64,000 nucleotides of DNA from Cetorhinus maximus (taxonomy: Eukaryota). The notes beneath the pieces are model-generated. The model made no database searches. It was not told the DNA's origin and worked only from the letters and a program-made list of their open reading frames with translations. Shown here one piece after another: positions 38,703-50,701 of this stretch. Position numbers and translations under genes: made by a program. Each line of letters starts with the position of its first letter. The stretch's first letter is position 1. Location: positions 21,018,001-21,082,000 of the forward strand of contig NC_135902.1 in assembly GCF_964194155.1 (NCBI RefSeq). The letters run 5' to 3'.

Positions 38703-41325
38703 GTATGCGGGAGTAAAGAGAATGTCCCAGTGGTCCTCCTGCGTGTGTTACCACAAGTAGAGGCAGAAGTGAGTGATGATCAACAGCTGATCACAGAGTT
38801 GCTTTATTGGGTGAGGAACTTTGAGGTCCTGCTTTTTCATTTCCTTCTTAAACTCAACTCTCTTCCTTCCTGTTGTTGGTTCTGACATGGTTCATGACTT
38901 CTGACTTTTCACCTTTCCCCTGCAGAATGTTCTGCACCCTCTGCATGGTGTTCCTTACCCTGGCATCAGAGAGGCAACATATCACATGGGACCCATGCTA
39001 ACGGTAGCAGAACTGCTTCCGCCCCCACCTGACTATCAAATCCCCAATTACTTCTGCATTCTGACACTTTGTAGTACACCCTGTGCAATTCTCTGTCTCG
39101 TGGTGCCAGGCTCCTTCAAGGTGTCGTCATCCTCAATGGTATTTAATGTTGAATATTGATTTGAAAATGCTACACTCCCAAGGGATTCCTGCAATTCCTA
39201 CCTCTTCCAAGCCTTACAGATGACCACCCACTTTCTAATCTGAAATCAGTCTGGTGTGATCATTTCCTGAAACCTGTGATTCAGGAAATAGTCAACCACC
39301 ATATATCCTGCAGTGAATCCAGCTGCCCCTTGAGCTTAGAAGCCCTCAGCATGAGTTTGAGCAGCTGGAGGCATTTCCTGCAAAGTTGGGCCTCTGGGAC
39401 ATATGAACTGTCCTGAAGTTCCCACAGGTGCAGGAATTGCAGGTCAAAGGTGCACCTGACCCTGCAACTTAAGATGGGACTAAAAAAAGGCAGAAAGTTG
39501 GCAGTTTGTGTCTGGGTTAAAGGGAAGCCTTGTGAGGAAGCCTGGCAGAAAACAGCTGAACTGATGGCCCACCATCCTCACTGACAAATAAATCCACAAG
39601 TTCTTCATGTTCATGATGTTGAAGGTCAGGGGACCTTGCGGGGGAGTGGTTTAAATAGATGATTAATAGTGGAGAAAAGAAGCAGAGGGTTTTCTTTTAT
39701 CTGCAGGTGATCCTGGAGTTGTAAGCAGAGTTGATGAGGAGGATGAGGCCAGATAGCTCTTGATGTACTCCAGCCAGTTGACAAACCAGTCATTCCAGAA
39801 AGCCAGTTGGTGAAGGACAGCCAACATTTAGTCGCTTTTCTATTTATTTAGAGTTCCACATTACAAATATACACCTCCTAACTCACAGCCACAATTTTTA
39901 CCTGTCTCTAAAGGGGGCTAAAGTGAATGTCTAGTTAATGATCACCACCAGCATACAATTAATTATAATTAATATACAATTAATATTATGGGCCAGTGGT
40001 TTAGCCACCTGCCAGACCTCCCCAAGTGCTACTTGGCCTCATTATCTTCTGTACACCTCTTGGACTTAGGCGATTGTAGATGGAGCCATACCAGGGGAAT
40101 GACTAGGGTGGGATCATAGATTTTCTGGGAACAGAGGCAGGAAAAAGGAGCCGGGGTTGTTCTTGGGTCAGAACTCTCTTCCGGACAGGAAACGAATTAA
40201 AGTTAAGATTTTCATGTGGGTGACGATGTGGCGTGAAGACTACTAAGGATAGTGGGTGGGCTCTTGAAATTTGAGGGCCAATCGAAGGTCTTTCTGCTTC
40301 AGAGGAGCACCTGGCTACAGTACAAGATAAATAACTGAGAGGGTGCCTCAACATGAGAGCGTCCTCTCAGTGAATTTTTAAATGAAAAAAAGACAAAAAG
40401 CAGTCAGGCCTCCACTGTGGCAGAGTAGGGAGCCCCTCTACAGGGCAGCCTTTGGGTGCTCCCCCACCTGTAGACCTGCCAGGAGCTCTAGCCCTTGGCC
40501 TGCTCATGGCACCTGCTTACAGGCAGTTGATCTGCCCCCAGTTGCATTGGAGAAACTGGAGGTTGACTTGAAAATACCAGTTGGCCTCCTAAATGCACCT
40601 TTATCAAGGCTCTTAAAGAGGCTAATTGCCTACCCGCTTTGTGGGGGCAGACAGCCTTCCCGCCTCCCCCAAAATGGTCGGTGCCAGGAATGTTGTCTCC
40701 ACCAGCGCCAGTATTTTCAGTCCCCCCCACCTCCATTTCCCGACATCAGAGGGCCTGAAAATTCAGCCCAAGCTATTTTCTGAGGCTAAAATTGTAGCAT
40801 GTAATCATATTGAAAGGATTTGCTAACACTGATTGTTCCCTGTGGTGAATAATCTCGTGAAGCCTTTTCATCAGACTGGGTTATTAGGGGTAAATTAGCG
40901 GAAGGAGACATTGACCAGATAGTGTCAGTGGTATCCAGACATTTGAACAGGATAGAAGGAACTGATGAGAGGGTGGGTAGGAGGGGGATTTGGGATACGC
41001 TGGTAGGGTGGAGATGAAGGATATGGGGGAGTGTAACTGGGAGTGAGGGATAAGCTGAGAAGGTGACTAAATGAGATTGAGGAGTGAGGGATTTGGAGAG
41101 TGGGTGAGGGATATGGTAGGAGGGTGGGTAAGTGGAAATGAGAGATGTGGTGAGATGACCTCTGAAATATTGCCAAGTTTATTGGGCCTTTCCTGCTCTT
41201 AAATTTGCTTCCTTTTTAAGGGTGTAAATGTTCTTAAAGGCCTAGAACTTAGTCCGAGGGAATCAGAGTGGCTTTGAAGAATTCCTGTTTTTTCACTTCA
41301 TTCTAACCCTCTTTTTCTTCCACAG

Positions 41326-41418
41326 GAGGATGGGAAGGTTCTGCAAAATTTAGACTTACTTTCACCATTGGAGGAGCCATTGAATTTGGACAGCTGATGT
41401 TACGGTCGGTATCACAAG
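41326..41418 (+). pseudogene. WBP2-like copy A exon 4 (93 nt)
   Basis: CCACAG|GA...CAAG|GTGTGG; GGWEGSAKFRLTFTIGGAIEFGQ. Confidence 0.88.
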
Positions 41419-41651
41419 GTGTGGCTTCACTCACTCGCCCTGCAGGCTTCCGCTCTGTCTCTCATGGCCCCACAGTCCTGACCCCACTCACTCTCCATGC
41501 TTTTTTTTTCTCCTTTATTCTTTGTCCCCGTATTTCTCAAAGCTGCTGATTCTTGCTGGGGTTCTGGTTGCTGTTGGGAAAGTTGTCTGTCCAGATGCTT
41601 AATGAGGCAAACCGTGGGGATGGACTACCCTTTACACATCCACTTATAGTG

Positions 41652-42080
41652 TCAGTCGCGACTCATTGGATAGCTCTCTTGCCTCCAAGTCAGGAGGTTG
41701 TAGGTTCAAGTCCAACTCCATAGACCTTTGCACATAATTCAGGCTGACACTCCAATGCAGCACTGAGGGAGTGGTGTGCTGTCAGAGGTTCCGTCTTGCA
41801 GGTGAGATGTTAAATTGACGCACTGTCTGCCCCCTGAAATGGCTGTAAGTAACCCTATGGCACTATTTCGAAAAAGTTCTCCTCTTCATTCTGGCCAACA
41901 TTTATCGCTCAACCAACATCACTAAAAATAAGATATTCAGTCATTTATCATATCGCTGTTTGTTGGACTGTAGGCAAAATAGCTGCTGTTTTTCCTACAA
42001 GTGACTACAATTCATTGACTTTAAAGTGTATTGAGACATCCATGGGTCGTGGAAGCTGCTCTATAAATCTAAGCTTCTTC
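41652..42080 (+). mobile_element. DeuSINE-like SINE
   Basis: GGTTCAAGTCC B-box; GCTGACACTCCAATGCAGCACTGAGGGAGT core. Confidence 0.7.
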
Positions 42081-42594
42081 TTGAGAGCATTGTCCCCTGG
42101 GATCACTTGGTAAGCAACACTAGGAAATGTTTGGGTCCAAAGTCAATCATTGGTCCATCACAAAGAGTGGGTACTGGAAAAGGAGGGATTTATAACTTTT
42201 GGTTCATGGTAACTGATGAATCTGGAGTTCCTGATCTGTCCGGTACCCATAACTATTCATGTGCTGAGGGCTGAGGTTATTAACTGGTTTCTTTCAGCAG
42301 TGCGATCGAATTTGTTGACTGGAGTTAAATGGCTGCCTCCCATTCCTATGTTTCTTCTTATATTTCAGTTGTGCGATATTGGTCTGTGACCAACTGATCC
42401 AAGTTTGGCTGAATATTGGATGTGGCCCATTTCGTGGACCCTCAGGATTGGCTTATTACCAGCTCAGGGTTCATTTCACATTGACCTTCGGTGATGAAAC
42501 CATTTGAATTCGTTTTTACTCTAACATTTGGCCAATGACCCCTAGTGTCTCCCAATCAAAATGAAATATGGAATAACTCAAGGTCTCATCATTG

Positions 42595-42798
42595 GGGGCA
42601 CAGTACTGGTGGGGACTCTGTCACTGCAAAACACAGAGGTATAGTACTGGTGGGTATAGGTCTATTGCTGCATAACACAGGGGCATAGTACTGGTGGGTA
42701 TAGGCCTGTCACTGTATAACTGTAGTACGTTACAGGTCTGTCACTCTGTAACACTGAGGTACAATACTAGTGGGTACAGTCTGACACAGTATAACACT
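42595..42798 (-). repeat. Same ~44-bp minisatellite in reverse orientation, abutting the duplication junction
   Basis: CAGTACTGGTGGGTATAGGTCTGTCACTGTATAACAC-like units; weaker copies at about 38350-38420 and 58170-58260. Confidence 0.8.
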
Positions 42799-45700
42799 AA
42801 GGAGTGGATTTCCAAATATTAAAAGGAGGTAATGCAACTGAGTGTGTACATATGGGTCCCTCAGGCATAAGTCCCTTAGCTGCTCACCTTAACTGGGGTG
42901 CAGGTTCCACCAGCACAGGTTGCTGGCTAACAATTATGGGAGTGGACATTGTTCAGTGAGTGCTAGTTGACTACTAAATTGTGGGAGCTTTACTGCAGCA
43001 TCTGACATTGTCCTCACTTGGCAGTTACTTGTATATTTTCCAGCAGGGGTCACTGGATGGTATAATTTTGCCTCCCTTACCTAGACCTGGGTTGTGAAAG
43101 CAAATTTCTACTTCCTGAGATCTGCCAATCCAGCATGTCCCACAAATCAAACCTTCGCCCTTCTGGTCTTTAGGGCACCATTACATGCTGGCTTTGCCAC
43201 TGACACCCTAGGAGAACTTAACCAGGTTTAAATGGACTATTGTGTAACAGTCACAGCCAAATCCAATCAGAGAGCCTGGAGGTAAGGAACATTGACCTGC
43301 ATTGTGGGCAGAACAGAGCAGCCAGAAAGGATTAAAAGCAAGATCCTGGGAGTAGACCTCAATTAGAGAGCCTGCAGGGGGCGCAAGCATCAGCCAGTAA
43401 GATTAAAAAGAGCTAAAGTGATGTCAGCACAAGAGAAGGTGTTGATTAATGAGTAGCATGTGAGCTTTTTAAAATAATTCTTCAGCTTACTTTGGTTAAG
43501 TTTCGTTAGTCTAATAAATAGAGACTTGGGAATGCACCTCAGTCTTGTGGAATGCACATCCTGTTCCACGTGGGAACCCCGGGATACTTCTTGTGTCCTG
43601 GGAAAACATACAGGAACTATCAGCCAGAGGAGCTCAAGATGAGAGCTATGTGGGTAGTAGGTTTCTAGAGATGGTCACCCACAGCTTAAAGGTGTGCAGT
43701 CAGAGAGAGAATGGGTGACTGTCAGACAATCAAGACCAGGCAGGTAGTGGGGGTCCTTGAGTGCATCTCATTCTTAAACGTGTATTCAGTTGTGAATACT
43801 GGAGTGGTTTCTGTGTGGAGTATGGAAGATTGAGGAAATGATGGTTAAAAATAGACAACAAAAGAGTTGTTCCATGATTAATGGTATATACTTCAATGGA
43901 AGGAGCCTAGTGAATATGAAGTTGAGCTGAGGGTACAGATAGACACTTGGAAGAATGAAATCATAGCTTTTTTTTTTCTTTCATGGGATGTGGGTGTCAC
44001 TGCTAAGGCCAACATTTGTTGTCCATCCCTCATTGCCCTTGGCTGAGTGACTTGCTGGGCCATTTCAGTGGACATTTAAGAGGCAACCCCATTGCTGTGG
44101 GTCTGGGGTCACATGTAGGTCAGGCCAGGTAAGGATGGCAGATTTTCTTCCCTAAAGGGTATAAGTGAACCAGATGGGTTTTTCCCAACTATTGGTAACG
44201 GATTCATAGTCACTATTACTGAGATTAGCTTTTATTAAAATTCCAGATTTTCCTGTTAATAGAATTTAAATTCCATCAGCTGCCATGGTGGGATTTGAAC
44301 CCACCTCCCCAGAGCATTAGCTTGGGTCTCTAGATTACTAATATTACCATTACACCATCATTCCCCCATTACTGCAACGTGTCTTAAAGGAGGACAGGAA
44401 TGACAGTTCACCTCTGGTTACAGGGGACTGAATTTTTCACAGGGACAGGATCCCCATCCCCCTGCCGTAAAAGTAGGAGGTGAGCCCGCTTGCACTTGGC
44501 CAGCTTGCTCCGCAGCCATTTAATGGCTGTCAGGCCTTTAATTGCCTTAAGACAAGACTTCTGCCCCCATCAGAGAGGAAGTCCCACCTCTGAGCTGCTG
44601 GCCATCAAATAGTTGGCAAATCTCTTGTCCCATCACTGCTACCAGGAGCAGAGGCCACTGCTGGTATTATATTGAGTCGCTTGAAGAAGAGGAGCCTGGA
44701 ACAAGGTGAATCCAGGGTTTCGCTGGGGCCAGTCTGGCAGGCCCTGGCGACCAGTGGGGTGGATAGGGCAGAGGGGGAATGGAAACGTAAGGAGTGGGGG
44801 GGGGGTTCCACCAATGGGATCAGGGTATCTAAATCTTGAAGTGCTCCTCCACAGCTCCCTGGTAGCAGGACAGGTTGATGAAATAGGTAAGGCAGTATAT
44901 GGGATACATTCCTTTATTAACCATGGCCTAGAATATTAAGAGTAAGGAATTATGCTAGAATTGTATAAAGCACTAGGTAGACTGCAGCTGGAGTACTGCG
45001 CACAGTTCTGGTCAATATATTACAGGAAGGATATGATTGTGCTAGAGAAGGTACAAAGGAGATTAACAAGGATGATGCCAGGTATGTAGAATTTTAGCTA
45101 TGAGGAAAGTTCTCTTTGGAACAGAGGAGGCTGAGGGGAGATTTAATTGGGAGGTATAACATTTATGAGGCGCCAAGATTGAGTGGATAGGAAGTCGTAT
45201 TTCCCTTAGGCGAGAGGTTAATAACCAGGGGCATAGATTTGAAATAATTGGTAGAAGGGTTAGAGGGGAGTTGATGTGAAATGTTTTCACCTAGAGGGTG
45301 GTGGTGGTCTAGAAATCAATACTGGAAAGGGTGGGAGAGGCAGAAACCCTCATCACATTTAAATACTCAATATGCACTTCAGGTGCCATAACCTACAGGA
45401 CCGGCCAAAAAGAGTTGAAAAATGGCTTTAGGCTGGATATCATTTTTTCAACCAGCATGGACAGGATGGGCTTCCTGTGCTGTATGTATCTATGTTTCAA
45501 TCCTGATCCCATTTCTGACCCCACCTGATGCATATAGTACTTAGAAGCATGACCAGAACCCAGCTCAGAACCCAGCTCAGAACCCAGGACTACTGAACAA
45601 AAGGAAACGAGTTTGCATTTGCCAGGATCGACAAGGAGGTTATATGTGGTTGAGGGGGAAAGTGGGTGTAGATTCCAAGAAAGCAGATCTGTACCACCTG

Positions 45701-45946
45701 TTTACTAGTGTGCTGTAACATGTATGTTTACTCATTGTTCTGCTCATTGTTTTCCAGCTGGTGAAATTCAAAAACATGGTCCCATTTGACCAGATTACCA
45801 CTGAGGATCTGAACGATGCTTTCCCTGAAACCAAACTGAACAAGGAGAAGTTTTCCTTCCAGTCACATAAGTCCATCAGTGAGGTGTAACTGTCCCCTGC
45901 TGCAGCCTGTGCTCTCCACAAATGTAATTGTCTCTTGTAAAATAAA
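42799..45946 (+). pseudogene. Partial duplicate of the ATP5PD 3' end: truncated exon 5 (42799-42828, in-frame TAA), intron 5, exon 6 copy (45758-45889) and AATAAA (45941-45946)
   Basis: AAGGAGTGGATTTCCAAATATTAAAAGGAG|GT aligns to 21054-21083; exon 6 copy LVKFKNMVPFDQITTEDLNDAFPETKLNKEKFSFQSHKSISEV* with 18 of 132 nt different; intron homology 42930-43268 to 21220-21560. Confidence 0.9.
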
Positions 45947-46456
45947 ACAAAGTTCAGTGTTGAGTGCGGTGCTCCCTCTGTGATTTCCCTCTAATGGTGC
46001 CTTACTAGGAGCTGTGCAATTGGCAACTTCTTCACTCAACCTAAATGAAGCAAAATATTACACAATGGGAAATTACTCAGTGTTCTGTCACTGAGGACCA
46101 GCTGCCATCACTTTAAAAGTGTTATCTGGTCTTTATCTAGTTACTGTTTGAGGGAGCATGTGTGCAAATTGACTACCATGTTTCCTACATTACAGCAGTC
46201 CCAACATTTCAAAAGTACCTAATTGGCTATAAAGCACTTTTGGACATCCTGAATTTGCAAAAGGTGCTTATAAATATAAATTTTTCTCTGCTTATGCATA
46301 AAAAGCCAAATTACTGGAATGATAGAGATACAATGCAATACTTGGTGTATGACTGAATAATTCATGATTACACACCCATCTGATGTCAGTGAGTCAGCCT
46401 TTCAAAGATGGCTGTTGCAGAATGTCAGTCTCCATCCTGGCAGGGACTGGTACAAT

Positions 46457-47072
46457 GGGCAGATTTTACGTTCCTCTGCTGGTGGGTTTGTAGACGGGGC
46501 TGGCCGTAAAATTTTTAGGATAGCCTTCCTAATGGGCTACTCCCACAATGACCTTTTCGAAATTTTACATTGGGATAGGTTGGTCTGCCCTTGCCCCAGT
46601 TGAGGCCCTTGAGCCCAGTCTCAATTTTTAGGTTAGCAGGAGGAGTTCTGGAGCAGTGGGGGGAAGCCTGAAGAAAGTAACCCTGCACAGGCCTTGGGCA
46701 GGATGGAGAGGTGGGGATGGCAGGGGAGGAACGCCTCCATCAGCAGCCTCCTTTTAACATCGGGCGCCCACCCAAGTGGTCTGGTCTCTGCAGATCTTTC
46801 CTCCCCCATCTCCTGTCCTTTCCACCAACAGCCCCACCCCTCTTTGGGACCCCCAAAGCTTACATGATCCTGGACTCCCGGGACTTAGACTCTGGGGGCT
46901 GCTTGTTCTGGCCACTTCCCCCTGAGTGAGGGGTGGAAGTCCTGCCTCCAGCCAATTAACGCTTGTTGGAGTGTTAAATGGCTGCAGGGCAGGCAGTATC
47001 GGCGGGGATGTGTTATCCGCTGACTCCTCAGATGGATGGAAGGGAAACCCCACCATCCTAAAAATTCTGGCC
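46457..47072. mobile_element. Harbinger-type MITE with AAT target-site duplication
   Basis: TIRs GGGCAGATTTT and AAAATTCTGGCC, flanked by AAT on both sides; empty site in unit A at about 22779. Confidence 0.75.
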
Positions 47073-48311
47073 AATGTGTGTTTTTTAACCTTCCACCTCT
47101 TTTTGTGATTTGGGATTATTGATTTGGGATTAATATTTGTTGCAGTAAAGGTGCTGTTTTGTGCAGCCACAGATTAAAAAAATATCTTCAGCTCTGATTG
47201 CCAAACCTGTAAGTGTCTGGAAACGTTTGTTTGCCTTTGGCCATTTTGTTTTGCAAGTTTTTCTGTTTTGTCCTTCAACTAACTGGGCACTGTTCCTCTG
47301 TTAGACAGACAATGGTTGCTGACAGGCTGTTTGACCAAGGGGGCCTTAACAGGAAGATCTGACTCGTCGCTTTTCCAATGATTGAGAGTGGAATTCCTGG
47401 CTGATTTATTTTATGCCCCTTTCTCGCCGACAGTTATGGACCATTTGTAAATATCTCTATCATTACCCTAATGGAGATCAGCTCACTCTGGAGAAGCTGT
47501 AGATTGAACTTGGGAGCTTATGGTTTGATTTTCCGTTCAGCTACTTGAGGTACTGGGGAAGGCTTTGTATGAACATGTGAAAAGGTTTTCCCATTAATAA
47601 CTAGTCCAATTATATAAGGCTGTTTTGCCCCTTGTTCAGACATTCTCTTAACAAGAATGAAGTATAAATGGTGTTTCAAATCCAAATCATTCTCCAGTTT
47701 TCTTGCTACAAAATTTCAGGAAGTGTTCAGTTAGCTCCCACTTCACCAAACCAGCCTGTGCTAGGAAGGAACCAAAAAGACTGAGAAATTTTCCCTTTCA
47801 ATGAAGGGCAAATTATAGTGTCCCTGGAATATATACTAGTAATCCAGTGGCTTGGGCTAGTTATCCACTGAATGTGAGTTCAGATTTCATTATGGCAGTT
47901 TGAGAATTAGCACTTAGGTTTAAATGAGTTGGCAGTAAAAGTGGTCATGAAGCGTTAGTCATAAAAAAAACTAAACTGATTCAGTAATATCCTTCAGGGA
48001 AGGTAGCCTGCTGTTCTTACCTGCTCTGAACTTTATGTGACTTTAGTCTCTACACTAAAAAGGTTGACTCTGAACTGGCATAGAAAACCAATCAGTTGTA
48101 TTAAGCAGTATGGTAACTTCTCAGGACAACTAATGATGGGCAATAATTGCTGGCCTTGTCAGTGACACCCAAGAATAAATAAAACATAATATCATAGAGG
48201 GCAGAAGAGTGTGCGGTTCCCAGTTCTGAAATTCTTGCAGCCTTGGGTCATCCTGAACAGGGAGCTGCTCCAAGACTTGAAGCACCTAGGTAGGCATTTT
48301 ATAGATTCTAG

Positions 48312-49911
48312 GAGGTGTTGGGCGTCTTGAAGAATATTAAGGTGGATAAGTCCCCAGGGCCAGATGAGATCTACCCCAGAGTACTGAGGGAGGCAAGGGA
48401 GGAGATTGCTGGGGCCTTGACAGAAATCTTTGTATCCTCACTGGCTACGGGTGAGGTCCCAGAAGACTGGAGAATGGCCAATGTTGTTCCATTGTTTAAG
48501 AAGGGTAGCAGGGATAATCCAGGAAATTACAGGCCGGTGAGCCTTACGTCAGTGGTAGGGAAATTATTGGAGAAGATTCTTTGTGACAGGATTTACTACC
48601 ATTTGGAAGCAAATGAGCGTATTAGTGAGAGGCAGCATGGTTTTGTGAAGGGGAGGTCGTGTCTCACTAACTTGATCGAGTTTTTCGAGGAAGTGACAAA
48701 GATGATCGACAATGGAAGGGCAGTGGATGTTATCTACATGGATTTCAGTAAGGCCTTTGACAAGGTCCCTCACGGCAGACTGGTACAGAAGGTAAAGTCA
48801 CACGGAATCAGAGGTGAGCAGGCAAGATGGATACAGAATTGGCTTGGTCATAGAAGACAGAGGGTAGCAGTGGAAGGGTGCTTTTCTGAATGGAGAGCTG
48901 TGACTAGTGGAGTTCCGCAGGGATCAGTGCTGGGACCTTTGCTGTTTGTAGTATACATAAATGATTTGGAGGAAAATGTAACTGGGCTAATTAGTAAGTT
49001 TGCAGATGACACTAAGGTTGGAGGAGTTGCAGATAGTGAAGAGGATTGTCAAAGGATACAACGGGATATAGATCGTTTGGAGACTTGGGCGGAGAAATGG
49101 CAGATGGAGTTTAATGCGGACAAATGCGAGGTAATGCATTTTGGAAGGTCTAATACAGGCAGGAATTGTACAGTAAATGGCAGAACCCTTAAGTGCATTG
49201 ATGGGCAGAGGGATCTGGGTGTACACGTCCACAGGTCACGGAAAGTGGGAACACAGGTGGATAAGGTAGTCAGGAAGGCATATGGCATGCTTGCCTTCAT
49301 TGGCAGGGGCATTGAGTATAAAAGCTGGGAAGTCATGCTGCAGCTATATAGAACCTTGGTTAGGCCACACTTGGAATATTGCGTGCAATTCCGGTCGCCA
49401 CATTACCAGAAGGATATGGAGGCGTTGGAGAGGGTGCAGAGGAGGTTTACCAGGATGCTGCCTGGTCTGGAGGTTATTAGCTATGAAGAGAGGTTGGAGA
49501 AACTCGGATTGTTCTCACTGGAGCGACGGAGATTGAGGGGCGACTTGATAGAAGTTTACAAAATTATGAGTGGCATGGACAGAGTAGATAGAAGCTTTTT
49601 CCCAGGGTGGAAGAGTCAATTACTAGGGGACATAGATTTAAGGTGAGAGGAGAAAACTATAGAGGAGATGTGCGGGGCAAGTTTTTTACGCAGAGGGTAG
49701 TGAGTGTCTGGAATTAGCTGCCAGAGGAGGTGGTGGAAGCAGGTACGATAGTGGTGTTTAAGAGGCAGCTTGACAAATACATGAATAGGATGGGAATAGA
49801 GGGATACAGACTCCGGAAGTGCAAAATGTTTTAGTTGATGGGCAAGATGATCGGCGCAGGCTTGGAGGGCTGAAGGGCCTGTTCCTGTGCTGTACTTTGT
49901 TTGTTTGTTTG
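48312..49911 (+). mobile_element. Young 5'-truncated CR1 LINE with a 443-aa open RT frame (48315-49646)
   Basis: [31 protein letters not shown] and KFADD motifs; 3'UTR ends in (TTTG)n; TAG on both flanks; empty site in unit A at about 24421. Confidence 0.93.
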
Positions 49912-50588
49912 TAGTGAATATTTTTGGTGGCCACACTTCAATTCTTTCAGGTTCTTGGACCATGGTATCAAATTGGTAATAATAATCAGAAAGGCCCCAT
50001 GATGACTTTTGTGGGAGCAGGGATAATGCCTCGCTGATGCGTTTTGGACAGAGCTGAGGAGGGTGTTCAATGGGGACTTCGTGAGGTGGTATAGAGGGAG
50101 CTTTATCCTGTAAACAGTTGCTGTGCCTCACGGTCCCAGGAGTGTTTGATGAGGGCACTGTATAGCTGAACTGGAAAGTGTTCCTTTTGCTATCACCAAT
50201 ATCTCCTTTTAGTAAGCACATCATATAAAACAGGTAAGTTTTTTTTTAACTAAAAGCAGAATGTGCTGGAGATGTTCAGAAAGGTTCTGACGACAGATCT
50301 GCACTGAAATGTTAACCCTGTTTCTTTCTCCACTGATGCTGCCTGACCTTTTATGTTTTTATTTCAGATTTCCTGCATCTGCACTATTTTGATTTTGTCT
50401 CAGCATTTTAGCTCTTGATGATTATCCTGGAAGTAAAAACTTTGTGTTGACCCCCTCAGACATTTTATACACTTGCAGCATCCTCATCCAGGGGTTGTGG
50501 TTCAGTTGAGGCCATTGAGCAGTCATTGCCCTTTTGAGGCGTGGGCCAAGGATATTTCTGTGTTAGAGAGCTGGGGTAGTGAATGTCC

Positions 50589-50701
50589 CTTTAAGAAGCT
50601 GGACCAGCGGATGACGGGTGTCTGTCCCTTTAAAAGGGGCGGGGCAGCATCAGTCGCTGTCGATCCTTTTCCAGACGCTTCTCTATCAGTCCGGCGGGGA
50701 G
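50589..50701 (+). promoter_or_regulatory. Putative promoter/5'UTR of WBP2-like copy B
   Basis: Same motifs as copy A in near-identical sequence. Confidence 0.55.

Larger units (their letters stand above)
25604..41418 (+). pseudogene. WBP2/WBP2NL-like (GRAM/PH-like domain) gene, copy A, probably pseudogenised; exons 25604-25641, 36807-36915, 38562-38702, 41326-41418
   Basis: [13 protein letters not shown]|[36 protein letters not shown]|VVFVSKDSRKALKSFVMPFSLMKGCKIKQPKA*. Two +1 insertions relative to copy B give TAG at 38658-38660. Exon 4 reads GGWEGSAKFRLTFTIGGAIEFGQLMLRSVSQ. Sequence and exon phases match the WBP2 family. Confidence 0.85.

Noticed and set aside
25604-45889. In-frame fusion of WBP2-like copy A exons 1-4 with the ATP5PD exon 6 copy (exon lengths sum to 381 nt, phase 0)
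   Set aside because: The TAG at 38658-38660 ends translation first, and exon 4 would be read out of its conserved frame.
48315-49646. 443-aa reverse transcriptase ORF as a host gene or retron-like system
   Set aside because: Typical 5'-truncated CR1 ORF2: no endonuclease domain, no true ATG start, a microsatellite tail and an empty paralogous site.
49616-50224. 202-aa minus-strand ORF and the many other 60-150-aa ORFs in the track
   Set aside because: They are antisense to repeats or lie in low-complexity DNA, with no recognisable domain; consistent with chance ORFs.
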